This document shows, piece after piece, positions 52,198 through 62,300 of a DNA stretch of 64,000 nt. The stretch lies in contig OZ252016.1 in NCBI GenBank assembly GCA_965247475.1, positions 462,143 to 526,142 of the forward strand, in the 5' to 3' direction. The notes beneath the pieces were generated by a model that was given only the letters and a program-made list of their open reading frames with translations, had not been told where the DNA came from and made no database searches. The stretch's first letter is position 1. Every line of letters starts with the position of its first letter. The position numbers and the translations under genes were made by a program. Source of the DNA: Chloroflexota bacterium (GTDB taxonomy: Bacteria > Chloroflexota > UBA11872).

Positions 52198-53097
52198 ATG
52201 GCTCGCCGGTCGCCCACCAACACGCTCGGACGCACCGGGCTCCAAGTCACCCGCCTGGCCTTTGGCGCGATGGAGGTGCGGGGTCCGCCCCGCGGCCGCC
52301 CGGCCACCGACGACCAGGTCCGGAACATCCTCACGGCCGTGCTCGACGCCGGCATCAATTACTTGGATACATCCAACGACTACGGCCGCAGTGAGGAGTT
52401 CATCGGCACATTTCTCGCCGCGCGCCGGTCCGACTACTTCCTCGCGAGCAAGTGCGGCTGCGTTCCCGGCGGTGGCGAGCACGTGTGGACGCGCCACAAT
52501 CTGTTCCGCGGATTGCATGAGAGCCTCGATCGTCTGCGGACCGACTATCTGGACGTCATGCAGCTCCACGGCCCGTCGGTCGAGGACACGGAGCGGGGCG
52601 GACTCGTCGAGGCGCTGGAGGACATGCGCGCGCAGGGCAAGGTCCGCTGGATCGGTGTCTCAACAACGCTGCCGAACCTCCCGACCTACCTGGAATCCGG
52701 CGCGTTCGACGTGTTCCAGATTCCCTATTCGGCACTGCAGCGAGACCACGAGTCACTGATCGCGGACGCCGCCCGCGCCGGAATCGGGACCGTGATCCGG
52801 GGCGGTGTTGCGAAGGGCGAACCTGGCGAAGGCCTCGGCACGAGCGAGGTCTGGGACGACTTCGAGCGCGCTGAACTCGACGAGCTTCGCGCCGACGGCG
52901 AGAGTCGCACGGCCTTCATGTTGCGGTTCACCTACACGCATCCCGGCATCCACGCGATCATCGTCGGCACGCTGCGGCCCGAGCATTTGGCCCAGAATCT
53001 GGAGGCAATCGGTCGGGGACCGCTGTCGGCGGAGACGTACGAGGAGGCCAAGCGCCGCCTCGACGCGGTCGGCGTTACTCCGGTGATCGCGGGCTGA
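52198..53097 (+). CDS. Aldo/keto reductase family oxidoreductase
   Basis: AKR motifs (LAFGAMEV, LDTSNDYG, catalytic Tyr/Lys context). A good Shine-Dalgarno sequence (aaaggagg) sits upstream. Confidence 0.85.
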   Translation: MARRSPTNTLGRTGLQVTRLAFGAMEVRGPPRGRPATDDQVRNILTAVLDAGINYLDTSNDYGRSEEFIGTFLAARRSDYFLASKCGCVPGGGEHVWTRHNLFRGLHESLDRLRTDYLDVMQLHGPSVEDTERGGLVEALEDMRAQGKVRWIGVSTTLPNLPTYLESGAFDVFQIPYSALQRDHESLIADAARAGIGTVIRGGVAKGEPGEGLGTSEVWDDFERAELDELRADGESRTAFMLRFTYTHPGIHAIIVGTLRPEHLAQNLEAIGRGPLSAETYEEAKRRLDAVGVTPVIAG

Positions 53098-53378
53098 TCG
53101 GGACGTAGTCGCGGCGGCGGGCGTCGGTTGTTCGCGCCCGCTGCATCGCCTCTGAGCGCTCGCGGGTAAGCGGACATGGGCGCGACCTCACGGTGCGTCG
53201 TCGCGGGCGGTATCTAACCCTCGCGGCGGGCCACCATCGCCGCCGACCTCCAGTGTCATTCCGAGCGCAGCGAGGAATCTCATGGCGGTCGGACCGGCGA
53301 AAGCCCGTCGAAGGAGCTGTCCCTCACTGTGCGTCGTCCCCGGGCAGTATCTAACCCACGACGCAGCACCGCCGCCGG

Positions 53379-54197
53379 CTACGACGGCGACAGCGTCGCG
53401 CCGCCGCAGACCGAGACCGTCTGTCCCGTCACGTAGCCCGACAGATCGGTTACGAGGAACTCCATGACCTTCGCGACGTCCTCCGGCGTTCCCAGACGTC
53501 GAAGCGGCAGCATCGCCGACTGCTTCTCGGCCTCCGCCGGGTCGTCCAGGTTGAACCGCTGGCCCGTGCGGGCGGTTCGGATCACGTGCGGCGCGATGCA
53601 GTTCACGCGTATCCCGAACGGCCCCAGCTCCGCCGCCAGGCTGCGCGTGTACTGCACGACCCCTGCCTTCGCGACGGAGTAGCCGGAGAGCATCCCGGCC
53701 CACTCAGGGTTCACGCGGACGCCCGTGTTCGACGAGAAGTTCACGATCCGGCCCGACCGCCGGGCCTTCATGCGCTCCGCCGCTGCCTGGCAGCAGTAGA
53801 TCGTGCCCAGCAGGTTCAACTCCAGCATCCACCGCAGGTCGTCGGCCGGCATTGAGGATGCGTAGCTCCGCTCCATCGGGCTGAGCGATCCGCCCGCCGC
53901 GTTCACCACGATGTCCACCGGCCCGAACGTCTCGTCGAGCCGCGCGAACAGATCGTCTACCTCGCTCTGCCGGCGCAGGTCGGTTGTCACCCCGAGGGTC
54001 CGCCGACCGAGCGCGCGGATTTCCTCCTCCACGCTGCCGGCCGACAGCCGCTCGTCGAACTCCTTGGCCGAATCGAGGTTCAGATCGGCGATCGCCACGT
54101 CCGCGCCCAGCCCCGCCAGCCGCAGCGCGCACGCCCGACCGATTCCGCGCGCGGCGCCGGTCACCACCGCGACCTGGCCGTCCAGCGCGCCGGACAT
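53379..54197 (-). CDS. SDR family oxidoreductase
   Basis: VTGAARGIG, NAAG and YSVAK catalytic motif. Start at MSGALDG (54197). Confidence 0.85.
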   Translation of the reverse strand: MSGALDGQVAVVTGAARGIGRACALRLAGLGADVAIADLNLDSAKEFDERLSAGSVEEEIRALGRRTLGVTTDLRRQSEVDDLFARLDETFGPVDIVVNAAGGSLSPMERSYASSMPADDLRWMLELNLLGTIYCCQAAAERMKARRSGRIVNFSSNTGVRVNPEWAGMLSGYSVAKAGVVQYTRSLAAELGPFGIRVNCIAPHVIRTARTGQRFNLDDPAEAEKQSAMLPLRRLGTPEDVAKVMEFLVTDLSGYVTGQTVSVCGGATLSPS

Positions 54198-54228
54198 CAG
54201 CCCTGGGGTCTGGGTGCTCGCGTCCGAG

Positions 54229-54666
54229 CTATTCCTGCCGCTCGAACGCCGATCCGTGCTCAACGACGTTCCAGGTGCCGAGCTCTTCGACGATGTCGGG
54301 CAGATTGCTCCACTTCTCCGGCAATGCCCAGAACAGTCCCATCGGCTCGTCGTGCTGGTTGGTCAGGTAGTGGGTCGCGCCCGCCGGAATCAGCACCACG
54401 TCGCCTGCTTGGACCTCATGGACCACGTCCTCGACGATGACCTGCGCCTTGCCTTCGAAGACGTAGTACAGCTCTTCCATGCCGGGGTGCGCGTCCGCGT
54501 GACCGGTCACACCCGGCCGCAGCCAGAAGAACCCCGCACTGTACTGGTCTGAGCCAGCGGTCTCGTGCGTCACCATCGGGATGTCGCGCATCGTCCCGTC
54601 GGGCGACTCGAGCAGCTCGAAGTCCGTTCCCCTGAACACCACTTTGTGTGCGGACTCGGATCCCAT
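54229..54666 (-). CDS. Cupin domain protein
   Basis: Cupin motifs G(x)5HxH..E (HADAHPGMEELYYVFEG) and GxxxxIPxGxxH (VVLIPAGATHYL). Confidence 0.75.
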   Translation of the reverse strand: MGSESAHKVVFRGTDFELLESPDGTMRDIPMVTHETAGSDQYSAGFFWLRPGVTGHADAHPGMEELYYVFEGKAQVIVEDVVHEVQAGDVVLIPAGATHYLTNQHDEPMGLFWALPEKWSNLPDIVEELGTWNVVEHGSAFERQE

Positions 54667-54730
54667 CAGACATCCTCCCCAAATAGCGGCGTCCGGTCAG
54701 TCCGGCCGCGACGTCGCGTCAACTCCGCGC

Positions 54731-55162
54731 TCATGTATCGAATGCGGTCGTGCGATCCACCTCTTGCCATGCCGCGAGCGTCTCCTGGATGTCCGGCAGA
54801 TCGCTCCACTTACGCGGCAACGCCCAGAAGATGCCCAGGTGGCTCCCGTCGTCGACTTCCAGATGGTGTCGCGTGTCGCGCGGGATCAGCACGACCGCGC
54901 CCGGCTCGACCGGGTGCGGAACATCCGCTACCACCACACGGCCCGTGCCCTGGAAGATGTAGTACAGCTCCTCGTACCCTGGATGCGAGTGCTCGTGCCC
55001 GATGATCCCGGGCTTGGCCCACACGAACCCCGCGCAGAAGTTGTGTGAGCCGCACGTCTCCTCCGTCACCATCGGGCTGTTCAGGATCGTCGCCGGCGGG
55101 GACTCGATCAGCGGCACGTCCGTCGGCCTGAAGACCACCTTTGGACTCTCGTCCGTGTGCAT
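54731..55162 (-). CDS. Cupin domain protein (tandem paralogue)
   Basis: HEHSHPGYEELYYIFQG and VVLIPRDTRHHL. Start at MHTDESPK (55162); the longer ORF extension is rejected. Confidence 0.7.
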   Translation of the reverse strand: MHTDESPKVVFRPTDVPLIESPPATILNSPMVTEETCGSHNFCAGFVWAKPGIIGHEHSHPGYEELYYIFQGTGRVVVADVPHPVEPGAVVLIPRDTRHHLEVDDGSHLGIFWALPRKWSDLPDIQETLAAWQEVDRTTAFDT

Positions 55163-55274
55163 GCGCCTGCCCGCTGGATCGAGTGTGGAACCGGCCCGCC
55201 CGAGTGACGGCGATGCTATGTGGGAGGGGGGAACTGGGTCAAACGTGCGGGTCTCACTGCCCGGCGCGCCCAAA

Positions 55275-56531
55275 TCAGTTCCGCGCCGCCGCGCCGTTGG
55301 CCGACCAGACCAGCGGCAGTGACCGGATGTTGTGGAACGAGCTGCTCGGGCTCCACACGATCTCGCCGTCGCCCAGCCGGATGTCCGGGAACCGTCGCAG
55401 GATCGTGGCGAAGGCAATCTCGGCCTCGCGTCGGCCCAGCGGCGCACCGATGCAAAACCGTATCCCGTAGCCGAACGCGACGTGATCGTTTGGCTCGCGC
55501 CGGACGTCGAACCGATCGGGCTCCGGGAACTGATCCGGGTCGCGGCAGGCCGCGCCCAGGATCACCGACACGGTCTGACCCTTCGCAATCGGCTGCCCGC
55601 GAATCTCAACGTCGCTGTCCACCAGCCGCCACGTGCGCTGAAACGGCGAGTCGTAGCGCAGGCACTCCTCCACCGCGGTCGGAATCAGGCTCGGATCGTC
55701 CTTCAGCAGCTGCATCTGATCCGGGTGCCGTAGCAGCGCCAGCATCCCGTTCCCGATCAGACCCGTAGTGGTTTCGTGCCCCGCCACCAGCACCGAGATG
55801 CAGGTCGCCAGCATCTCGGCCTCGCTCATGAGCTGGCCCTCGTCCTCGGCCTTCACCAGCACCGTCAGCAGATCGTCTTCAGGATGTCGCCGCCGCTCCG
55901 CGGCCAGCTCGCGAATCCACGCCCGCGCTTCGACGATCGACTTCGCCGCCTGCTCCACAATGTCTGGATCCGGCCGGCCGCTGCTGTGGATGTTGACGAT
56001 GTCGTCGGAGAACCGCTTGAACAGGTCGCGATCCTCCGCCGGCACGCCGAGCGCCTCGGCCAGGATGATCGCGGGCAGCGGGTAGGCCAGCGTCGCGATC
56101 AGGTCCATCTGGCCGTCGTCCTGCACGGGGTCGAGCAGTTCGTCCACAACCTGCTGCACGCGCGGGCGGAGGCCGTCCACGATCTGGGGCGTGAACGCCT
56201 TGCTTATCAGTCCGCGGATGCGTCTGTGATCGGGCGGGTCGGTGTTGGCGATCCCGACCTCGAAGTTCTCGTACACGGGCCGCGCCATCTCGCGCTGCGA
56301 CTCCGGCAGTTGATCCAGATACTTGGCGATGCGCCCTCGGTTCACATATGTCTGCGGATCGCGCAGCACCATCCGCGCATCGTCGTAGCGGGTCAGCATC
56401 CAGTAGCCGAGCGACTCGCTCCAGAAGACCGGCGCTCGCTCGCGAAGCTCCGCGTACGCGGCATACGGGTCCGCCATGACGGCCGGCGAAACCAACTCGC
56501 GGTCGATTGCCTCGAGCGTTCGTACCGCCAT
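55275..56531 (-). CDS. Cytochrome P450
   Basis: Heme-binding loop FGYGIRFCIGAPLG, ExxR (ECLRYDS), and I-helix AGHETT. Start at MAVRTL (56531). Confidence 0.9.
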   Translation of the reverse strand: MAVRTLEAIDRELVSPAVMADPYAAYAELRERAPVFWSESLGYWMLTRYDDARMVLRDPQTYVNRGRIAKYLDQLPESQREMARPVYENFEVGIANTDPPDHRRIRGLISKAFTPQIVDGLRPRVQQVVDELLDPVQDDGQMDLIATLAYPLPAIILAEALGVPAEDRDLFKRFSDDIVNIHSSGRPDPDIVEQAAKSIVEARAWIRELAAERRRHPEDDLLTVLVKAEDEGQLMSEAEMLATCISVLVAGHETTTGLIGNGMLALLRHPDQMQLLKDDPSLIPTAVEECLRYDSPFQRTWRLVDSDVEIRGQPIAKGQTVSVILGAACRDPDQFPEPDRFDVRREPNDHVAFGYGIRFCIGAPLGRREAEIAFATILRRFPDIRLGDGEIVWSPSSSFHNIRSLPLVWSANGAAARN

Positions 56532-56633
56532 CGTGCGTCGCGCGCCGCCGGGGCGCGCCTCGCCGAAACCCCGGATGCCGGCAAGTATCGGCTGCGCTCG
56601 GGAGCGCTTCAACCGGTGGAGGCCGCGCCCCCC

Positions 56634-56682
56634 GATGTCATTCCGAGGCGAAGCCGAGGAATCTCATGGTCGCCGGACTGGC
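56634..56682. repeat. Single REP-A module flanked by 16-22 bp direct repeats (56618-56633 and 56683-56698, GGAGGCCGCGCCCCCC)
   Basis: The module gatgtcattccgaggcgaagccgaggaatctcatggtcgccgg is bracketed by near-identical ac[cg]gg[tc]ggaggccgcgcccccc direct repeats. Confidence 0.7.
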
Positions 56683-56697
56683 GGAGGCCGCGCCCCC

Positions 56698-57486
56698 CTA
56701 CTGGTTGATCGCCGCCTCGTTGTCCGCCGTGAGATCGCGCCGACGGGTCGGCCGCATATAGATTTCCTCGACCAGTGTCCGCGCCGGCATGGTCGCGCAG
56801 AACACGATCGCCGCCGCCACGTCCTCGGCGCCCATCATCGTCGCGCGCGCGGCTTCGTCCGGCGCCAGCACGCGCAGGTCCAGCAAGTCGGTCGCCGCCT
56901 CGCCCGGGTAGATCGTGCAGGCGCGGATGCCGCGCGCCCGCAACTCGTTGTTGATGTGCCGCATCAGGTTCGCGACGGCCGCCTTCGATGCGCTGTACGC
57001 CGACCCCGCCATCGGACTCGGATTGACCGCCGCCATCGACGACACCGTCACAATCGTGCCGCCGCCGCGCTCGATCATCCCCGGCAGTGCGGCCTGCGCC
57101 GCGACCATTGGCGCCGTCACGTTCACGGCGAACACCGCGTCCCAGGTCTCAGTCGTGTACCGCCGCATCGCGCGCGCTTCGGTATTCGTCCCGGCGTTGT
57201 TGACCAGAACATCCACGCGGCCCAGCTCGTCCTCGGTCCATGTGATCAGCCCACGCGCGTCGTCCGGATCGGCCAAGTCTGTCGATCGGGCCATGCCCGC
57301 GCCGCCCGCCGCCTCGATCATGGCGACTGTCTCGTGCAACGCATCCACGCGCCGTCCGGCGACCGCTACCCGCGCGCCTTCGCGACTAAGCCCGATCGCC
57401 GCCTCGCGCCCGATGCCGCTGCCGCCGCCGGTGACGATTGCGACTTGGCCGTCAAGCGCGCGCGCGCGCACGCGTGCTCCCGCCAA
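56698..57486 (-). CDS. SDR family oxidoreductase
   Basis: VTGGGSGIG, NNAG and YSASK motifs. Confidence 0.85.
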   Translation of the reverse strand: MAGARVRARALDGQVAIVTGGGSGIGREAAIGLSREGARVAVAGRRVDALHETVAMIEAAGGAGMARSTDLADPDDARGLITWTEDELGRVDVLVNNAGTNTEARAMRRYTTETWDAVFAVNVTAPMVAAQAALPGMIERGGGTIVTVSSMAAVNPSPMAGSAYSASKAAVANLMRHINNELRARGIRACTIYPGEAATDLLDLRVLAPDEAARATMMGAEDVAAAIVFCATMPARTLVEEIYMRPTRRRDLTADNEAAINQ

Positions 57487-57572
57487 CGAGCTGCCGTCGA
57501 GATTCGATCGCGTGCAAGCCGCGTGCCCCTACGATTCGCGCCCAGGCCTGCGCCTGATCGGGCCGGATCCGC

Positions 57573-58655
57573 TTAGTTCAGGTCCGCGACCTGCGGCATC
57601 ACCTCGTGCGCCAGCAGCTCCATCGAGTGGCGCCAGTGGTCCTCGGGCACCCATTCGTGGCCCATCGCGACCACCACCCCGAATCCGCCGACATCCTGAT
57701 GGAGCGCGCGGATCTTCGCGGCCACGTCGTCCGGGCTGCCCACCAGCGCGATGTTGTCGACCATGTACTCCCAATCGATCGCGCTGTCGGGAATCTCTAG
57801 GTCGGTCTTCGTGAGGCCGACCATGTGCGCGAACGGCAGCAACGCCGCCCAGTAGCCCGTCCAATCGCGGCTCATCACGCCCGTCAGCGCCCGCTCGCGC
57901 GCCTCTTCGGTGGTGTCGGCCACGAAAATCTCCCGCGCGATCCGCCACTCGGATCGATCCGGCGTCTTGCCGGTCTTTGCGGCGCCCTCTTCGACCGCCT
58001 CCCAGTGCGTCATCAGGACCCGTTTCGGCACGATGTTGATGCTCAACGGGATCCAGCCGCGCTCGCCGGCCAGCGCCAGCGTGTCTGATTTCTCGGACAC
58101 GCCCGCCACCGCGATCGGGGGATGCGGCTTTTGGTACGGCTTGATGTGCACTCGCACGCCGATCAACGGATTCGGTTCCGGCACCGTGTACTCCCACCAC
58201 GGGCTCTTGCGCACGCCCGGTTCGGGGTCGTCCCACAAGTCCAGCACCGCGTCGATCGCGTGTGGCGTCATCACACGGTGGTCGCTGCCTCTCACGTCGT
58301 AGCCGCGCACCTCGAAATCGCCCGGGAATCCACCCGAGCCGACCCCCCACTGGAACCGCCCCTTCGCCAGGTTGTCCAGCACCGCGATCCGGTGAGCCAC
58401 CGAGAACGGGTCGTGGTTGGGCATGCAGGTCACGCCGGTGCCAAGCTTGATGTTCTTGGTCTCCGACAGAGCGCGGGCGATCAGCAGCTCCGGCGTCGGA
58501 ATGTTCTCCCATTCCGCCGTGAAATGTTCCCCGATCCAAACCTCGTCGAACCCAAGCCGATCGAGCGTGATGATCTGCTCGAGGTCCTGATCCAGTGTGA
58601 CGGCCAGGTCCGAGCCGGGCGGGTGCAGTGGCATGGTGAACAAACCGAGTCGCAT
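57573..58655 (-). CDS. LLM-class flavin-dependent oxidoreductase (luciferase-like monooxygenase)
   Basis: Luciferase-like TIM-barrel N-terminus (MRLGLF..GFDEVWIGEH) and length. Start at 58655; the upstream extension of the 495-aa ORF is artefactual. Confidence 0.75.
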   Translation of the reverse strand: MRLGLFTMPLHPPGSDLAVTLDQDLEQIITLDRLGFDEVWIGEHFTAEWENIPTPELLIARALSETKNIKLGTGVTCMPNHDPFSVAHRIAVLDNLAKGRFQWGVGSGGFPGDFEVRGYDVRGSDHRVMTPHAIDAVLDLWDDPEPGVRKSPWWEYTVPEPNPLIGVRVHIKPYQKPHPPIAVAGVSEKSDTLALAGERGWIPLSINIVPKRVLMTHWEAVEEGAAKTGKTPDRSEWRIAREIFVADTTEEARERALTGVMSRDWTGYWAALLPFAHMVGLTKTDLEIPDSAIDWEYMVDNIALVGSPDDVAAKIRALHQDVGGFGVVVAMGHEWVPEDHWRHSMELLAHEVMPQVADLN

Positions 58656-58867
58656 GGAGTGCTCCGGGCGTTCGCGCCCTCGCCGCCGGCCGGTCGAGTC
58701 GGTCGCGACCACCGTTGCCCGCGCGGGACTGGATGCTATGTGGCACGGTCGCGCGGGGTCAAGCCGCGCCGCTTCTGTCGAGCCGGTCGGCGGAGCCCAC
58801 GCTTGGGCGGACGGCGGCGAAGTCAGTACGCTGAGCGCCCACGGGCTAGACGGTTCGGAGGCGAGCG

Positions 58868-60358
58868 ATGGGGGGCGACGTCGAACGGCTTCAAAACCTG
58901 ATCGGCGGCGCATGGGTCGAGTCGGCGGCGGCCGACCGCCTTGATGTCGCCAACCCAGCCAGCGGGCGGTCGATTGCCACGGTGCCGCTCTCGAGCGGCG
59001 ACGAGGTGGAGGCTGCGGTGGCCGCGGCCTCCGACGCCTTCCCGGACTGGCGCGGCACACCGGCCATCGAGCGCGCCCGCCTGCTGTTCCGCCTCCATCA
59101 GCTCATCCAGATCCATTTCGAGGACCTCTCGCGCACGATCACCGAGGAGAACGGCAAGACGCTCGACGAGGCTCGCGGCGAGTTGCTGCGCACGCTGGAA
59201 AACGTAGAGGTCGCCGCCGGTATTCCTTCGTTGCAGTCCGGCGATTTCTCGACCGACATCTCCCGCGGGATCGACGAGGCCTCGATTCGCGAGCCCCTCG
59301 GCGTCTTTGCGCAGATCGGGCCGTTCAACTTTCCTTCGATGGTCCCGTGGTGGTTCGCGCCCTACGCCGTCGCGTGCGGCAACACCTACGTCATCAAGCC
59401 CTCCCCGCAGACGCCGCTGAGCCAGACCCGGCTCATGGAGCTCGTGATCGAGGCCGGTTTCCCACCCGGCGTGTTCAACCTCATCCACGGTGGTCGCGAG
59501 CAGTCCGAGGCGCTCGCGACGAACCCGCAGGTCGCCGGGATCTCGTTCGTTGGCTCGTCACCGGTCGCGCGACATGTCTACGAGACGGCCACGCGCGCCG
59601 GCAAGCGCGCGCAGTGTCAGGGCGGCGCCAAGAACCACCTGGTCGTCATGCCCGACGCCGAGCTCGACCCGGCGTTGCCGAACATCTCAGGCTCGACCTT
59701 CGGCTGCGCGGGGCAGCGCTGCCTCGCCGGCTCCGCGGTCGTGGCCGTCGGCGATGTCCACGACGAGCTGCGCGATCGGCTGGTCGCAACGGCGGCGGCT
59801 ATCACGGTCGGCAACGGCCTCGACCCCGCGTCTGGCATGGGGCCGGTGATCTCCGCCGAGGCCCGCCAGCGCATCTTGGACCACATCGACCAGGCGCTTG
59901 CCGAGGGTGCCGAGCTGCTGATCGACGGCCGTGAAGTCGAGGTCGAGGATCATCCTGACGGCTTCTGGGTCGGCCCCACCATCCTTGGCGGCGTGACACC
60001 CGACATGGCCATCGCACGCGACGAGATTTTTGGACCGGTCATCAATCTGATGCGCGCCGACACGCTGGACGATGCCATCGACGTGATCGAGGCCAACCCA
60101 TTCGGCAACGCCGCCTCGATCTACACCAACAGCGGTGGCGCCGCCCGGCGGTTCACCCAGCGCGCCAACATCGGCAACATCGGCGTAAACGTCGGCGTCG
60201 CCGCTCCCATGGCCTTCTTCCCCTTCGCCGGCCGCAAGGAGTCCTTCTTCGGCGACGTACACGCGCAGGGGCATGAGGTGGTCCGCTTCTTCACCGACCC
60301 CAAGATCGTGATCACCCGCTGGCCCGGCCACACCGACGGCCGCGACCCGTGGGACTGA
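58868..60358 (+). CDS. mmsA: CoA-acylating methylmalonate-semialdehyde dehydrogenase-like aldehyde dehydrogenase
   Basis: Aldehyde dehydrogenase catalytic Cys (FGCAGQRC) and Glu regions, plus MmsA-type C-terminus (VNVGVAAPMAFFPFAG, no Glu-Leu-Gly-Gly). Confidence 0.8.
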   Translation: MGGDVERLQNLIGGAWVESAAADRLDVANPASGRSIATVPLSSGDEVEAAVAAASDAFPDWRGTPAIERARLLFRLHQLIQIHFEDLSRTITEENGKTLDEARGELLRTLENVEVAAGIPSLQSGDFSTDISRGIDEASIREPLGVFAQIGPFNFPSMVPWWFAPYAVACGNTYVIKPSPQTPLSQTRLMELVIEAGFPPGVFNLIHGGREQSEALATNPQVAGISFVGSSPVARHVYETATRAGKRAQCQGGAKNHLVVMPDAELDPALPNISGSTFGCAGQRCLAGSAVVAVGDVHDELRDRLVATAAAITVGNGLDPASGMGPVISAEARQRILDHIDQALAEGAELLIDGREVEVEDHPDGFWVGPTILGGVTPDMAIARDEIFGPVINLMRADTLDDAIDVIEANPFGNAASIYTNSGGAARRFTQRANIGNIGVNVGVAAPMAFFPFAGRKESFFGDVHAQGHEVVRFFTDPKIVITRWPGHTDGRDPWD

Positions 60359-60478
60359 TGGCGTTGCGGAGGAGGTTCGTCTGAACGGATCGCCAACCGC
60401 GGGTCATTGCGAGCGCAGCGAAGAATCCGGTGCCCTCGACGCGCGCTCGCCAGACGCGGGGTCCCGGCCGGCCCACAC

Positions 60479-61144
60479 ATGACCCACGAGTACCGCCACT
60501 CCGGCGAGCGCTATCTCCGCGACGCTGACTATCTGCGCGAGATCCATCCCGATGTCGGCGCCGTGCTTGCCGAGATCGAGGCGGTTGCCGGCCGCGAGGG
60601 CCAACCCATCACCGAGCGCGAGTCCGCCCGCTTGCTGGCCTTCGTCGTGCGGGCGATCGGCGCCCGGCGCGCCCTGGAGATCGGCGCCAACCTGGGGTTC
60701 TCCGCCATCTGGATTGCCGGCGCGCTTCCGGACGACGGCCGCCTGATCACAATCGACCAGGACGCCGAGATCCTCGCGCGTGCCCGCCGTAACTTCAGCG
60801 AGGCCGGCGTGGACGGCAAGATTCAGACCGTCCACGGCTCAGCGCTCGGCGCGCTCGGCTCGATCGAAGGCCCGTTCGACTTCGCGTACATCGACGCCAA
60901 CAAGTTCGACTACCCCGCGCTGCTCGACGAGGTCGTGACTCGGCTGCGGGTCGGCGGCGTGGTCGCCATCGACAACCTGCTCTGGCTGGGCCAGGCCGCG
61001 CACCAGCCTCAGGACACCGAGCACATGCGAGCCGCGACGCCGATCGTCCGCGAGTTCAACCGCAACTTGCTGGCCGACGCGCGGCTCGATGCGACCATCG
61101 TCCAGGTCGGCGACGGCATCGGCCTGGGCGTCAAGCGCGGCTAG
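60479..61144 (+). CDS. Class I SAM-dependent O-methyltransferase (caffeoyl-CoA OMT-like, family 3)
   Basis: SAM motif ALEIGANLGFS and acidic-residue motif FDFAYIDANK. Confidence 0.8.
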   Translation: MTHEYRHSGERYLRDADYLREIHPDVGAVLAEIEAVAGREGQPITERESARLLAFVVRAIGARRALEIGANLGFSAIWIAGALPDDGRLITIDQDAEILARARRNFSEAGVDGKIQTVHGSALGALGSIEGPFDFAYIDANKFDYPALLDEVVTRLRVGGVVAIDNLLWLGQAAHQPQDTEHMRAATPIVREFNRNLLADARLDATIVQVGDGIGLGVKRG

Positions 61145-61213
61145 GCCACGCGCCCCCTCTCCTGCCATTCCTGTGCATCCAAGCTTCTGGTGGGGCTCGA
61201 CAGGGTCCCGAGT

Positions 61214-61284
61214 GACCGGCATCCCATGTAGGGGCAACCCTCGTGGTTGCCCTCGGTGGTGGCTCCGGTCATCCCTCCGTCATT
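61214..61284. repeat. REP-C element copy 2
   Basis: See 25863-25932. Confidence 0.7.
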
Positions 61285-61431
61285 CATGTGTCGGCTCGGC
61301 CTCGCAAACGAGTCAGGTTGTCAGGCTGGCGTGAGGGGCGCCGCCCGTCAGCAGCCCCGCGAATCCGACCCATCAGACGCCCCGACACAGCCCACGTTGA
61401 CGGGAGGACCCTCGCCCCGTAGCGTCAGGCC

Positions 61432-62226
61432 TTGCGCGCGTTCGCGCGCCATCTCGTGGAGGGTCGACTGCCAGTGCTCACCAACACCGCCAAGCAGAAG
61501 CTGCAGGCAGGCAAGATCGCCCTCGGCGCCTCCGCCTCGATCGGTTCCCACGCGACCGCCGAGCAGCTGGCGCTCGCCGGCTTCGACTGGATCAACATCG
61601 ACAACCAGCACGGCTCGTGGGACCGCCAGTCGTCCTCGCTGGCGTTCATGGCGGTCCGGGCGGGCGGCTCGATCCCGATGACGCGCGTGCCCCAGAACGA
61701 TTTCTATGCGATCGCTCGCTTGCTCGACGAAGGCGCGTTGGGGATCATCGTGCCCATGGTCGAAGACGCCGAAGACGCCGAGCGGGTCGCCTTCGCCGCG
61801 CGCTACCCGCCTGCCGGCGGCCGCTCGGTCGGCTTTTCCGGCGCCGCCGCGTACGGCGACGACTACGTCGACCGGTTCAACGACGAGGTCCTGGTCGCGA
61901 TCCAGTTGGAGTCCGGGAACGCCATCGCGAACGCCGACGAGATCATGGCCGTCGAAGGCATCGACGCCTGCTGGCTGGGACCGGGTGACCTCGCGCTCTC
62001 GATCGGCCATGAGCGCAATTCGCCGCAGCACGACGAGGCCGTCCGGAAGATGATCGCGGCCTGCCAGAGGCACGGCAAGGCGCCCGGGATAGCGGCCGGT
62101 TCCCCCGAGCAGATTGAGAAATGGGCGAACGAGGGCTGCACGTTCGTTTCGGTGCGGGGTGACCGCGCGTATGTCGCCGACGGCGCCGCGGCCGATCTCG
62201 CGGCGGTCAAAGCGCTGCTCGACTAG
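61432..62226 (+). CDS. HpcH/HpaI aldolase family protein
   Basis: GFDWINIDNQHG and the family length. The start could be a downstream GTG. Confidence 0.65.
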   Translation: MRAFARHLVEGRLPVLTNTAKQKLQAGKIALGASASIGSHATAEQLALAGFDWINIDNQHGSWDRQSSSLAFMAVRAGGSIPMTRVPQNDFYAIARLLDEGALGIIVPMVEDAEDAERVAFAARYPPAGGRSVGFSGAAAYGDDYVDRFNDEVLVAIQLESGNAIANADEIMAVEGIDACWLGPGDLALSIGHERNSPQHDEAVRKMIAACQRHGKAPGIAAGSPEQIEKWANEGCTFVSVRGDRAYVADGAAADLAAVKALLD

Positions 62227-62300
62227 CTCGGCGCGGCGGCGCGCCTCGGTCTTCGCAATCCCGCGCGGCTATGGGCCGTCTCCCGACAGGCCGGGCGCCG

